Below, piece by piece: positions 38,057 to 47,699 of a stretch of DNA of 64,000 nucleotides. The stretch's first letter is position 1, and each line of letters starts with the position of its first letter. The DNA is from a bacterium (lineage in GTDB: Bacteria; Patescibacteriota; Minisyncoccia; Moranbacterales; DUUL01): positions 11,596 to 75,595 of the forward strand of contig JABGXP010000012.1 in assembly GCA_018675685.1 (NCBI GenBank). Direction: 5' to 3'. The notes beneath the pieces were generated by a model, which ran no database searches, was not told the origin of the DNA, and saw only the letters and a list, made by a program, of their open reading frames with translations. The position numbers and the translations under genes were made by a program.

Positions 38057-39634
38057 TTGAATATTCATACTTTTAAATTTAACAAGCAGAGAGTGGAATT
38101 AATAACTTTTGTTAAAAACACCTTAAAGGAAACCGCAATTACCTTAGCAGCAGGGCTCGTAGCTTTTGTTTTGCTTTTGGTTACAACGTTGAATTTCACG
38201 GTTGCAGCGGTGACATTACTTCTTTTTATCGCAGTTGCAATTTTTCAAAAGAGTTTTTCAAGGGGATGGCTATTTCTATTTTTGATTGTTATCATGTTTC
38301 CTTCGACTAAAATCACTTCAGATATTGCGACTGTTTCAGACTTACTCTTAACGCTATTGGCTCTAATTGGCCTTATTTCGATTATTTTTGAGGAAGTGAA
38401 AATAACACTAAATAAACTAACTTTCTATTTTTTGTTACTTTTAATTTCAGGCGGAAGCATCCTTTTTTTTGGTAAATTCTTTGGAGTAGAAATTGATAAC
38501 AGCGTTTGGTTTGTTAGCTTTTTGATTTTATTTTATTGGCTAGCTTTGACCACTTTTCATTATTTTTTTCAAACAGCTAAACGTTTGAAAAGGTTTTTTA
38601 CTATTATTATCACAGCAGGAGTTACACATTCAATTTTTGGGATTGTAGCTTTTCTAACAACCTGGCAATCATCTGGAGGTCTTGGAATTTCTGTGGGGAA
38701 AGTTCAGAACCTAGCATTTACCAGTGTCAAATATCAAATAAATGGATTTTTAGGTGATGGATTTGTTTTAAGGGTTGGAGCTAATGCATTAGCACCACTG
38801 CTTTTGATTTCAATCCCAATTACAATTGGTATGTTGATTAACACAAAACGTAAAGCAAAAAGAATTAGACCTTTAAGCATTATCGAAGAAAAAGTAAAGT
38901 TGTTTGATTCCGCATATTCAATTCAAAGAGCTAGTCTTTTGAAAGAAAAACTCATTTCTCGTATAAAAGAGAATTTTGCTTTCGAGAATTTTTCGAAGTT
39001 TTTCAAAAGTAGAAAATCGCTGGTGATTTTAATGATCATTCAGATCATTGCGTTAGTGTTAACTTTCTCATATATAGCATTGATTGCACTTGGAATCGGA
39101 CTTTTTATTACAGGGATTCTTTTGAGAAAAAATCGTCTAATATCAATAGCTGCTGGTTGCTTAATTGTGCTTACGCTAATCATCCCATCTTTTAGACCAA
39201 CCGCAAGTAATGAGCAAAAGGATGGTTTGAGACATTGGTTTTCTGGCTTTGAGCAAGTCAAACAAAACTTTGTTTGGGGTAGTGGCTGGAAGGTTGATAA
39301 GAAGAATCAAATTGGAAGTGAGGAAAGGATCCATAACTCCTATTTATTTATTTGGAACAATTTTGGTTTGATAGGGATAGCGATATTTCTAGGAGCCTTA
39401 TATCAATACTTTAAAGATTTAAGAGATATTTACATTAGATCCGATGGTTCAAAAAGAGTTTGGTTAGTGATGATTATTGCTATTTATTTCCAATTTATTT
39501 TAATGGGACTCACTAGTAATACACTGATTTTTGGCCCAGCGGCATTAATTTTTTGGATTTTATACGGAGCAACGCTTAACTTAAAGAGGCGACAAATTGT
39601 TTTTGGACTCACAGAGACCAAGTTAATAAACTAG
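38057..39634 (+). CDS. second O-antigen ligase/polymerase-like polytopic membrane protein (divergent from the first)
   Basis: 525-aa multi-TM protein in the envelope polysaccharide locus. Confidence 0.45.
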   Translation: MNIHTFKFNKQRVELITFVKNTLKETAITLAAGLVAFVLLLVTTLNFTVAAVTLLLFIAVAIFQKSFSRGWLFLFLIVIMFPSTKITSDIATVSDLLLTLLALIGLISIIFEEVKITLNKLTFYFLLLLISGGSILFFGKFFGVEIDNSVWFVSFLILFYWLALTTFHYFFQTAKRLKRFFTIIITAGVTHSIFGIVAFLTTWQSSGGLGISVGKVQNLAFTSVKYQINGFLGDGFVLRVGANALAPLLLISIPITIGMLINTKRKAKRIRPLSIIEEKVKLFDSAYSIQRASLLKEKLISRIKENFAFENFSKFFKSRKSLVILMIIQIIALVLTFSYIALIALGIGLFITGILLRKNRLISIAAGCLIVLTLIIPSFRPTASNEQKDGLRHWFSGFEQVKQNFVWGSGWKVDKKNQIGSEERIHNSYLFIWNNFGLIGIAIFLGALYQYFKDLRDIYIRSDGSKRVWLVMIIAIYFQFILMGLTSNTLIFGPAALIFWILYGATLNLKRRQIVFGLTETKLIN

Positions 39635-39675
39635 AGTTTTCGACAGAAGGCTTATAATAAATTTAATTTAACATT

Positions 39676-41067
39676 ATGATCACAATGGATAGTGGGAAAA
39701 AAAGAAGACAAAATAGATTTCTGATAAAGTTTTGGGTTGTAGCAATCCTTTCTCTTACAGCATGGTATTCCTTTTTGCAATTGCAAGACAAGAAGTTTAC
39801 TTCAATAGCAAAGGTAGCAAATTCAGTAGTGAAAATATTGCCAGTAGACCAAGAGCGAAAAGAGGAGTTGAATATAATCTTTGGTATAATTCCAGAAATT
39901 GCGAACGAAGAAGAGAAGACCTTCCTAATTCTATTTCAAAACAACAATGAGTTGCGACCAGGAGGAGGATACATTGGTGCTTTTGGAATTTTGAAGATTA
40001 AGGGAGAGAAGGTTATTGCGATTGATACACATGACACGAATGTTTTTGATTCTGGAATCAGTACAAAAATAGAGCCACCATTTCCAATGAAAGATTATTT
40101 AAAAGTCTCTGATTGGGAACTAAGAGACTCAAACTGGTCTCCAGACTTTGCAACGAATGCTGAAAAAGCCGAAGAACTATATCAAATTGAAGGAGGGGAA
40201 GAAGAACTTTCAGGTGTTGTTGCTATTTCGACAAAATTACTACCATCCTTTCTGGAGATCACCGGTCCTGTCTCAATTCCTGGTTTTCCAGGTGAATACA
40301 ATTCGGACAACGCGATCGAAAAACTTCAATTTCAAGTTGAAAAAGGATATGTGGAACAGGGAATCGCACAGGGCAAACGAAAATATATAATGAAAGATTT
40401 GGCAAAAGCTATTCTATTAAAAGCCCAAGAAGGAAGTCTTTCAGACAAGAAAGCGCTAGTTGCAAAAATGGAAAAACATTTGAATGAAAAAGACGTAATG
40501 ATTAATTTCAAGGACACAAAGCTCCAAGAAAAGATCAAAAAATTGGGCTGGAATGGTGAATTAAAAAAATCCGAGCAAGACTACCTAATGATGGTTGATG
40601 CGAATATGGCTTCCTATAAAACTGATCAGGTGATCAAGAGGTCTTTTGAATATACAGCCGATTTTTCACGCGAGAAACCAAGAGCAACGTTGGATATTAA
40701 ATATCGTCACAATGGAAGATTGAGGAATTGGTATATAAAAGATTATAAGTCTTATCTGCGAATTTTTGTGCCAGACGGTAGTTGGCTAGCAAACTCAGAG
40801 AATCTCACAGATGTTCAATATGGATCAGAACAAGACAAAAAATTCTTTGGTGGAATTATCAATGTTCCGGTTGGAACAATCAAGACAGTTTCATTTAGTT
40901 ATGATTTGCCAGACAATGTAACATTTGAAAATTACAAGATTTTGATACAAAAGCAATCAGGAATTGATCTTGTTAAGGGAAAGATTAAACTTATTGATGA
41001 AAACGGAAAGGGAAGTGGATACTCAGTTGAACTGAAAGAGGATTGGGAAATTGAAAAAGAAGGATAG
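39676..41067 (+). CDS. DUF4012-like envelope-associated protein
   Basis: N-terminal TM segment; ELRPGGGYIGAFGIL motif typical of DUF4012 proteins encoded next to surface-polysaccharide genes. Confidence 0.4.
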   Translation: MITMDSGKKRRQNRFLIKFWVVAILSLTAWYSFLQLQDKKFTSIAKVANSVVKILPVDQERKEELNIIFGIIPEIANEEEKTFLILFQNNNELRPGGGYIGAFGILKIKGEKVIAIDTHDTNVFDSGISTKIEPPFPMKDYLKVSDWELRDSNWSPDFATNAEKAEELYQIEGGEEELSGVVAISTKLLPSFLEITGPVSIPGFPGEYNSDNAIEKLQFQVEKGYVEQGIAQGKRKYIMKDLAKAILLKAQEGSLSDKKALVAKMEKHLNEKDVMINFKDTKLQEKIKKLGWNGELKKSEQDYLMMVDANMASYKTDQVIKRSFEYTADFSREKPRATLDIKYRHNGRLRNWYIKDYKSYLRIFVPDGSWLANSENLTDVQYGSEQDKKFFGGIINVPVGTIKTVSFSYDLPDNVTFENYKILIQKQSGIDLVKGKIKLIDENGKGSGYSVELKEDWEIEKEG

Positions 41068-41229
41068 AGCTTCGCAAAAAGTAAAAGAAGGTACCCCGAT
41101 TTAAATTGGAGTATCTTCTTTTTTAATTAAAGTAATAACAAAAGAGACAATTGAACATGAAGATTCCTGACAATCTTTTAAAAATGGATCTAGCATGCTA
41201 AAATTGATTTACTAAGGTTAAATTCTTAA

Positions 41230-41802
41230 TTGAGTAAATTCACTAAATCAATGGATTTTATAAAAACAAAGCTGGCAGGTTCTTTTCTGATTGAACCAAA
41301 AACATTTGAAGATCAAAGAGGATTTTTTCTAGAATCATACTCCAAGAAAATATTCGAAGAAAATGGAATTAACGATGATTTTATTCAAGATAACCATTCA
41401 CTATCTGTGGAAAAAGGTGTTTTGCGAGGGTTGCACTTTCAACTTTCTCCCAATGCACAATCAAAACTTGTGAGAGTTGTGGCAGGAAGCGTTTTTGACG
41501 TAATTGTGGACCTGCGAAAGGACTCAAAAACTTTTGGGCAGTGGCAGGGGTTTGAACTTTCTGCAAAAAACAAAAAAATGCTTTATGTTCCAAGGGGCTT
41601 TGCTCATGCCTTTTGTACGCTTGAGGAGAACACGGAGTTTGTATATAAAGTGGATAATTTCTACGCTCCAGAATCTGATAGTGGCATTATCTGGAATGAT
41701 CGGACTCTTGCGATTGATTGGCCAATTGAGGGAGAACCCGTTATCTCAGAGAAAGACGGGAAGCTACAAACATTTGAGGAGTTTAAGGCTCTCATGAAAT
41801 AA
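41230..41802 (+). CDS. rfbC: dTDP-4-dehydrorhamnose 3,5-epimerase
   Basis: Cupin fold with the RGLHFQ catalytic region; 190 aa. Confidence 0.9.
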   Translation: MSKFTKSMDFIKTKLAGSFLIEPKTFEDQRGFFLESYSKKIFEENGINDDFIQDNHSLSVEKGVLRGLHFQLSPNAQSKLVRVVAGSVFDVIVDLRKDSKTFGQWQGFELSAKNKKMLYVPRGFAHAFCTLEENTEFVYKVDNFYAPESDSGIIWNDRTLAIDWPIEGEPVISEKDGKLQTFEEFKALMK

Positions 41803-41825
41803 TATAAGTTGTAATAAGATAAGCT

Positions 41826-42836
41826 ATGAAAATTTTAGTTACAGGCGGTGCTGGATTTATTGGTGCTAATTTCGTTCATTATTGGCTTGAAAATAATATT
41901 GGAGATAAGATTGTAAATCTTGATGCATTGACATATGCAGGAAATCTAGAAAGTCTGAAGGATTTAACTGGAAATAAGGATTATGAATTTGTGAAAGGAG
42001 ATATTTGTGATGAAGAATTTATCGACAAACTTTTCAAAGAACAAAAGTTTGATTTAGTGGTGCATTTCGCCGCAGAGTCACATGTCGATCGTTCAGTTTT
42101 AAGCAGTAAAGATTTTGTTATCACAAACGTTGAAGGAACAATGAACCTTCTTGATGCAGCAAAAAACAATGGGAATGTCAGATTTCACCATGTCTCGACA
42201 GATGAAGTTTTTGGTTCATTGGGAGAAAAAGATAAACCATTCAACGAGAAGACACCATACGACCCAAGGAGTCCCTATGCAGCTTCAAAAGCATCATCAG
42301 ATCATCTTGTCAGAGCATATTTTCACACGCACAAACTACCAATTACAATTTCGAACTGTTCCAATAATTACGGACCATACCAATTCCCTGAGAAATTAAT
42401 TCCCCTGTTTGTGACTAATTTGATTGAGGATAAAAAAATTCCAGTCTATGGGACCGGTGAGGCTATCAGAGATTGGATTCATGTGGACGATCACAATAGA
42501 GGAGTCGAGATGATCATTAAAAAAGGGGTAATTGGCGAAACTTACTGTCTTGGAGGCTCATCTGAAAAACAAAACATTGAAATAACAGAAAGAATTCTCA
42601 AACTTATGGGAAAGGGAAGTGAGATGATTGAGTACGTTGAAGACAGAAAGGGGCATGATTTAAGATATGCAATCGATTTTTCGAAAGCAACGACAGAGCT
42701 TGGATGGAGTCCAGTAATTGATTTTGACAAGGGATTGGAAGCCACAGCGCAGTGGTATAAGGAAAATCAAGATTGGTGGAAAAAGATTAAATCAGGGGAA
42801 TACAAGGAGTATTATAAAAAACAATATCAAAAATAA
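41826..42836 (+). CDS. rfbB: dTDP-glucose 4,6-dehydratase
   Basis: MKILVTGGAGFIGANFV NAD-binding N-terminus and the YAASKAS (YxxxK) catalytic motif. Confidence 0.9.
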   Translation: MKILVTGGAGFIGANFVHYWLENNIGDKIVNLDALTYAGNLESLKDLTGNKDYEFVKGDICDEEFIDKLFKEQKFDLVVHFAAESHVDRSVLSSKDFVITNVEGTMNLLDAAKNNGNVRFHHVSTDEVFGSLGEKDKPFNEKTPYDPRSPYAASKASSDHLVRAYFHTHKLPITISNCSNNYGPYQFPEKLIPLFVTNLIEDKKIPVYGTGEAIRDWIHVDDHNRGVEMIIKKGVIGETYCLGGSSEKQNIEITERILKLMGKGSEMIEYVEDRKGHDLRYAIDFSKATTELGWSPVIDFDKGLEATAQWYKENQDWWKKIKSGEYKEYYKKQYQK

Positions 42837-42838
42837 AA

Positions 42839-43540
42839 ATGCGAAGAAAAATTCTGCTTGGTCTTACGACAACTACAAATAGTGATTGGAGGAAAAAGAT
42901 AGCGGACATCCATAAGTTTGATTTGCATGAAATTGCACTTTTTTTGACAGGAGTGAGCAAGTTTGAAAGAGATGAAATCTATCGGAAGTTGGAACGTAGT
43001 CAAATTGAGAAAATTCCACATGTGCATCTAAGGGATGATTTCGGTGAAATTGAGCTGGACTATCTTGTCGAGCGATTTGGCGTTGAATATTTCAATATAC
43101 ATGCCAGGGGGAATTGCAAACATTTTTTGAAAATGGAGAAACATCTAGACAAGATGTACATTGAGAATTCCCCAACTATGTCCAAAAAGAACTTTGAGGT
43201 ATATCTAAGTAAGAGCGCTGGAGTCTGCGTCGATTTTTCGCATTGGGAAAGTTTCAAACGAAAGTTTCCTCACAAGAAATATGGTGATTTTATGCAGGTT
43301 TTGAAAACTCACAAGATTGGCTGTTGTCATGTTTCTGGGGTTAAAATCGAACCTTTTATTGTTGATTACACTAAGAGTTTTTCAGTGCACTTCTTAGATG
43401 ATCTATTCGAATTAGATTATATGAAAAAATACGTTGAATATTTGCCAAAATACGTGAGCTTGGAGTTGGAGAATTCATTTGAGCAGCAATTACAAGCGAA
43501 AAAATATTTGGAAAAAATAATTCGCGAGCATAAAGAATAA
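42839..43540 (+). CDS. hypothetical protein embedded in the rfb operon
   Basis: 233 aa with no nucleotidyltransferase G-x-G-T-R motif (so not rfbA); translationally coupled to rfbB. Confidence 0.5.
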   Translation: MRRKILLGLTTTTNSDWRKKIADIHKFDLHEIALFLTGVSKFERDEIYRKLERSQIEKIPHVHLRDDFGEIELDYLVERFGVEYFNIHARGNCKHFLKMEKHLDKMYIENSPTMSKKNFEVYLSKSAGVCVDFSHWESFKRKFPHKKYGDFMQVLKTHKIGCCHVSGVKIEPFIVDYTKSFSVHFLDDLFELDYMKKYVEYLPKYVSLELENSFEQQLQAKKYLEKIIREHKE

Positions 43541-43549
43541 CCTAAAATA

Positions 43550-44419
43550 ATGAAAAAGAAAGTTTTGATTCTAGGAGCGAAAGGAATGCTTGGAAAGGAG
43601 CTTGTAAAAGTTTTTTATCGTGATGGTAACTATGATGTACAGGCTTGGGATAAAGAGAATCTTGATTTGTTAAACAAGAGAGCTGTAAAAGACAATATCA
43701 CTCTTGCTAAGCCAGATTTGATTATCAATTGTGTGGCTTTTAACGATGTCGATGCGGCAGAGAAAGACGAAAAAGCTTTTATAATGGCTAAGGAGCTGAA
43801 CGGTGAAGTGCCAGGGTTTCTTGCAGAACTCGCAAAGGGACTTGATGCAACTTTTATCCAGTTTGTGACAGATTATATTTTCGATGGAGAGAAAGGTGAA
43901 TACACGGAAGATGATAAGACAAGCCCAATTTCAAACTATGGGATTTCGAAAGTGTTAGGGGAAAAAAACGTGAAAGCAGTTGGAGAAAAATTCTATCTAG
44001 TGAGAATTTCAAAACTTTTTGGTAATCCTGGGATTTCAGATGAGGCAAAAAAAAGTTTCTTTTCTATTATGCTTGAGCTTGCAAGAGATCGAAATGAGTT
44101 GAAGGTGGTAGATGATGAAAGATCTTGTTTTACATACGTTGTTGATCTAGCAGAGGCAACAAAGAAGCTGTTTGAAAAAAAATATGCATATGGAATCTAC
44201 CATTTAGTAAACGAAAAACCGGTGACTTGGTATAAAGGAGTTTTGAAACTCTTTGAAATTGCAAAAATAAAAAACGTTAAAGTGTTTCCAGTTGGTGCTG
44301 ATGAATTTCCACGACCAGCCAAAAGAGCATCCTCAACGGTGCTTGTAAATACTAAATTTCCAAAGCTAAGAAGCTATGAGGAAGCAATAAAAGAATGGCT
44401 AGCAGAAAAAGGAGACTAA
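43550..44419 (+). CDS. rfbD: dTDP-4-dehydrorhamnose reductase
   Basis: KVLILGAKGMLGKEL NAD(P)-binding motif; 289 aa. Confidence 0.85.
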   Translation: MKKKVLILGAKGMLGKELVKVFYRDGNYDVQAWDKENLDLLNKRAVKDNITLAKPDLIINCVAFNDVDAAEKDEKAFIMAKELNGEVPGFLAELAKGLDATFIQFVTDYIFDGEKGEYTEDDKTSPISNYGISKVLGEKNVKAVGEKFYLVRISKLFGNPGISDEAKKSFFSIMLELARDRNELKVVDDERSCFTYVVDLAEATKKLFEKKYAYGIYHLVNEKPVTWYKGVLKLFEIAKIKNVKVFPVGADEFPRPAKRASSTVLVNTKFPKLRSYEEAIKEWLAEKGD

Positions 44420-44450
44420 AAAGAATATTTTTAAAAAAGGAAAATCTAAA

Positions 44451-45497
44451 ATGGGGAAGTTGAAGTTATTCGTATTATTCCTACTGTTTTGTGTGTTAGC
44501 TTTTTTAAGTTGGCGTATTTTCTATGAATTTCCTGATGAGTGGTCAATTTCAAGTGAAAAAAAATTGCCAATTGTTTATTCAGATAACTATGATATTACT
44601 TTATTTGGTTTGCAGAAATTACACTCTTTTGATTCTCAGAAATATAGTAAGATAGCAACTTATTTAACAGAAAGAGTGGGAATTTCAAAAGAAAAATTCC
44701 ATGCTCCCAAGAAAATTGGAGATGATGATTTGTTGTTAGTGCACACACAGAAATATTTAGACTCTTTGCACAATCCAGCTGTAGTTGCTGGAATAGCAGA
44801 ACTCGGGGTGTTGGCAAAAATGCCAGACTTTGTCTTACAAGAAAGATTACTTGATTCTTTGCGCTTTGCTACAAATGGAACTGTCTTGGCTGCAGAGCTT
44901 GCAATGGAAGAAGGTTGGGCAATTAATCTTGCAGGTGGATACCACCATGCAAAAGCTGATAGTGGGGGAGGATTTGGTTTCTTTGCAGATGTTCCGATAG
45001 CAATCAAGAAGCAGCAAGAGAAAAACCCAAAATTGAAAGTTTTAATTATTGATTTCGATGCACATCAAGGAAATGGAAATGAAATGATCTTCTCAGACGA
45101 CAGAAGAATTTTTATTCTAGATATATATAACCGAAATAATTACCCGCAAGACGAAGAAGCAAAGAAATATATTGATTTTGATCGACCGATAGGAAGCCTG
45201 GGCAGTGACGAATATTTGGACGTAGTGTTGGAGTCTTTACCTTTGGCTATAAAAAATGCTCAACCTGGTTTGATTGTGTACAATTCAGGGAGTGATGCTT
45301 TATTGGGAGATTCTCTCGGGAAAATGAATTTAACAAGAGAGGGTCTTATCAAAAGAGATGAGCTTGTTTTTGAATATGCCCTTAAGAGTAAGATTCCCAT
45401 TTTGATGGTGCTTTCTGGCGGGTATTCTCCAGCAAGTGCAGGGGTTATCGGGGAATCAATTGAAAATATTTTAAAAAATAGGATCAAGGTGGATTGA
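44451..45497 (+). CDS. membrane-anchored histone-deacetylase-family (arginase/deacetylase superfamily) enzyme
   Basis: N-terminal TM segment; HDAC motifs GGYHHAKADSGGGFGFF and IDFDAHQGNGNE. Confidence 0.7.
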   Translation: MGKLKLFVLFLLFCVLAFLSWRIFYEFPDEWSISSEKKLPIVYSDNYDITLFGLQKLHSFDSQKYSKIATYLTERVGISKEKFHAPKKIGDDDLLLVHTQKYLDSLHNPAVVAGIAELGVLAKMPDFVLQERLLDSLRFATNGTVLAAELAMEEGWAINLAGGYHHAKADSGGGFGFFADVPIAIKKQQEKNPKLKVLIIDFDAHQGNGNEMIFSDDRRIFILDIYNRNNYPQDEEAKKYIDFDRPIGSLGSDEYLDVVLESLPLAIKNAQPGLIVYNSGSDALLGDSLGKMNLTREGLIKRDELVFEYALKSKIPILMVLSGGYSPASAGVIGESIENILKNRIKVD

Positions 45498-45595
45498 ACT
45501 TTTTAAATCTTGACAAAATAACTAAAAGATGTCATACTTTAAACAGTTCTAGTCAGAATATTTAAAGAATAATCAGAAAAAAGGAGTAGGAAGCC

Positions 45596-45973
45596 GTGTT
45601 TGATATAAATGAGATTGAAAGAAGAGCAACTGTAGCTAAGAAAAAGCTACTGGCAGGCATCAAAGCTTCTTTTGCAAAAAGAGAATATGAAAAGATCTTT
45701 GGGAGAGGACTCATCGACTCTTATTCGCAAAAAACTTTAATAAAAAGCTTTTCCTTTTTGTATGAAAATGAACTTAAGATGCCCACAATCAAAACCACAG
45801 GGAAGGGTAAGTATGTTATGTTGGGATTTTTCCTTCTGCAAACAGAGAAAAATTTCTTAACTGATCAAGAGCTTATTGATTTAAGAAGAGCAGGTTTCTT
45901 AGAAGAGCTTCTGGTAAAAGACTTAAGCCAAGAAGACGCTATCAATAAAGTTTTTAAAAAATATTCAAAATAA
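45596..45973 (+). CDS. hypothetical protein (125 aa)
   Basis: ORF only; followed by a strong terminator. Confidence 0.4.
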   Translation: MFDINEIERRATVAKKKLLAGIKASFAKREYEKIFGRGLIDSYSQKTLIKSFSFLYENELKMPTIKTTGKGKYVMLGFFLLQTEKNFLTDQELIDLRRAGFLEELLVKDLSQEDAINKVFKKYSK

Positions 45974-45989
45974 AGAAAGTTAACGTTTA

Positions 45990-46028
45990 AGAGGTCTTGT
46001 AAAAATTTTACAAGACCTCTGTTTTTTT
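45990..46028 (+). terminator. intrinsic terminator
   Basis: AGAGGTCTTGTAAAA t TTTTACAAGACCTCT followed by GTTTTTTT. Confidence 0.7.
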
Positions 46029-46176
46029 ATTAAACATTAGTTTAAAGGAAAAGTCTCAAAAAGAAGGAGTCTACCCTGATTTTTCTTAGGGTTTCAGTTG
46101 ACAAACAAAAATAAAAGTGCGACGATAATTTTGGTTTTAGTTGGAGAAAATCAAAAGTAAAAAAAGGGGACATGTA

Positions 46177-46572
46177 ATGAGAGAAAAAGTGGTGCACCAA
46201 CTCTGTTCTAATGGGAGACAGGCAAGAGAGGCTTTGCTTGAAAAAATGCAAAGAAGTTACAAGGATGCTTCATTGAAAAGATTTTTTTCTTTCCATGACG
46301 ATAAATTATTTTACAGCAACTTTTCTTTTCTCTTGGAAGTTGAAGCAAACTGCATTTCTGCTACCAATGATATTGTGATGGTGGGAATGATCTTTTTTCA
46401 CAAAGCCGAAGAGCTGATTTCAAAAGTTCAGGCTGACTCAATCAAAAGAGAAGCTCGTCTAAAAGAGTTGAGTTTTCCTTTTGAAAAAGCAACATTCATC
46501 TCACCATCAAGAAAGGATTCGAGTTCAGCGATTTTGAAGCAAATATTTGCGGAGTATCCAGATGGAGATTAA
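46177..46572 (+). CDS. hypothetical protein (131 aa)
   Basis: ATG at 46177 preceded by AAAGGGG; the ORF track began at a TTG at 46141. Confidence 0.4.
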   Translation: MREKVVHQLCSNGRQAREALLEKMQRSYKDASLKRFFSFHDDKLFYSNFSFLLEVEANCISATNDIVMVGMIFFHKAEELISKVQADSIKREARLKELSFPFEKATFISPSRKDSSSAILKQIFAEYPDGD

Positions 46573-46592
46573 TCCTTCGACCAAACAAAATA

Positions 46593-46630
46593 AAAGTCTC
46601 TTTTCAATAACATTGGAAAGAGACTTTTAA
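46593..46630 (+). terminator. intrinsic terminator
   Basis: AAAGTCTCTTT ... AAAGAGACTTT hairpin followed by a short T-run. Confidence 0.45.
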
Positions 46631-46744
46631 ATTAAGCAGTTGCTTGAATATTTCCTGTCAGAATGCTAAAATTCAATTGAAACAAAGCAGTTTCATCTTT
46701 TTTAGAAAAAGAAACTGTTTTTATAAGTATAAAAAAATAGTTAA

Positions 46745-47692
46745 ATGAATGTAAAACAGATTTATAAACTTGCTGTGAAGATTGGAATGGAAAATGATTT
46801 TCGGACCAAGACAGAGATGGTAGATCACCTCAAGAGGGAGCAAGAAAAATTTAAAGGCTTATCAAAAGAAGAAAAGATATATTTTGACCAAGAAAAACTG
46901 ACAAACCCATATGCTGATTCAAGAATCCATCATGATAATGGGAAAGAGGTGATCAAAAAAGTTCTTGTTGGAATAGATTTGACGATGGGCGGAGTGATGC
47001 TCGCGAAGGAATTAGGGGTTGATTTAATTATCAACCATCATCCGATCGGGGATGCGCTAGCAAATCTAGATGATGTGATGAACTTGCAAGTTGATATGAT
47101 GGAAAAATTTGGAGTTCCTGTGAATATTGCTGAAAAACTAATTCATAAGAGAATCTCCGAGGTTGCAAGAGGGATTAATCCTTCAAATCATAATGTTACA
47201 ATCGATGCCGCAAAGCTAATGGACATTAATTTGATTAACATTCACACCCCAGCCGATAACTGTGTCGCACAATTCATTGTTAAGAAGGTAGGGGAGGCAA
47301 AGCCTAGATATGTGAAAGATGTTTTGAAAGTGCTAAATTCAGTAGAAGAATATAAAATAGCAAGAAAAAGCGGGGTTGGACCAACACTCTTCGTTGGAAA
47401 CCCGAATAATCGTTGTGGAAAGGTTGTTCCTTCAGAAATAACAGGGGGGACAGAAGGTGCAAAAGAAATCTATGCTGCCATGGCAAACGTTGGAATAGGG
47501 ACGATCATTGGAATGCATCAGAGTGAGGCACATCGAAAAGAAGCAGAGAAAGCCCATGTGAATGTTGTGATTGCAGGGCATATTTCCTCGGATTCGATTG
47601 GAATGAATATCATCTTAGATGAATTAGAGAAGGAGAGAATTGAAATCATTCCTTTCTCAGGTTTAACAAGGATTTCGAGAATTAAAAAATAA
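46745..47692 (+). CDS. Nif3-family (DUF34/YqfO-like) dinuclear metal-centre protein
   Basis: VGIDLT...GVDLIINHHP segment resembles the conserved Nif3 N-terminus; 315 aa. Confidence 0.45.
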   Translation: MNVKQIYKLAVKIGMENDFRTKTEMVDHLKREQEKFKGLSKEEKIYFDQEKLTNPYADSRIHHDNGKEVIKKVLVGIDLTMGGVMLAKELGVDLIINHHPIGDALANLDDVMNLQVDMMEKFGVPVNIAEKLIHKRISEVARGINPSNHNVTIDAAKLMDINLINIHTPADNCVAQFIVKKVGEAKPRYVKDVLKVLNSVEEYKIARKSGVGPTLFVGNPNNRCGKVVPSEITGGTEGAKEIYAAMANVGIGTIIGMHQSEAHRKEAEKAHVNVVIAGHISSDSIGMNIILDELEKERIEIIPFSGLTRISRIKK

Positions 47693-47699
47693 AAAATAG

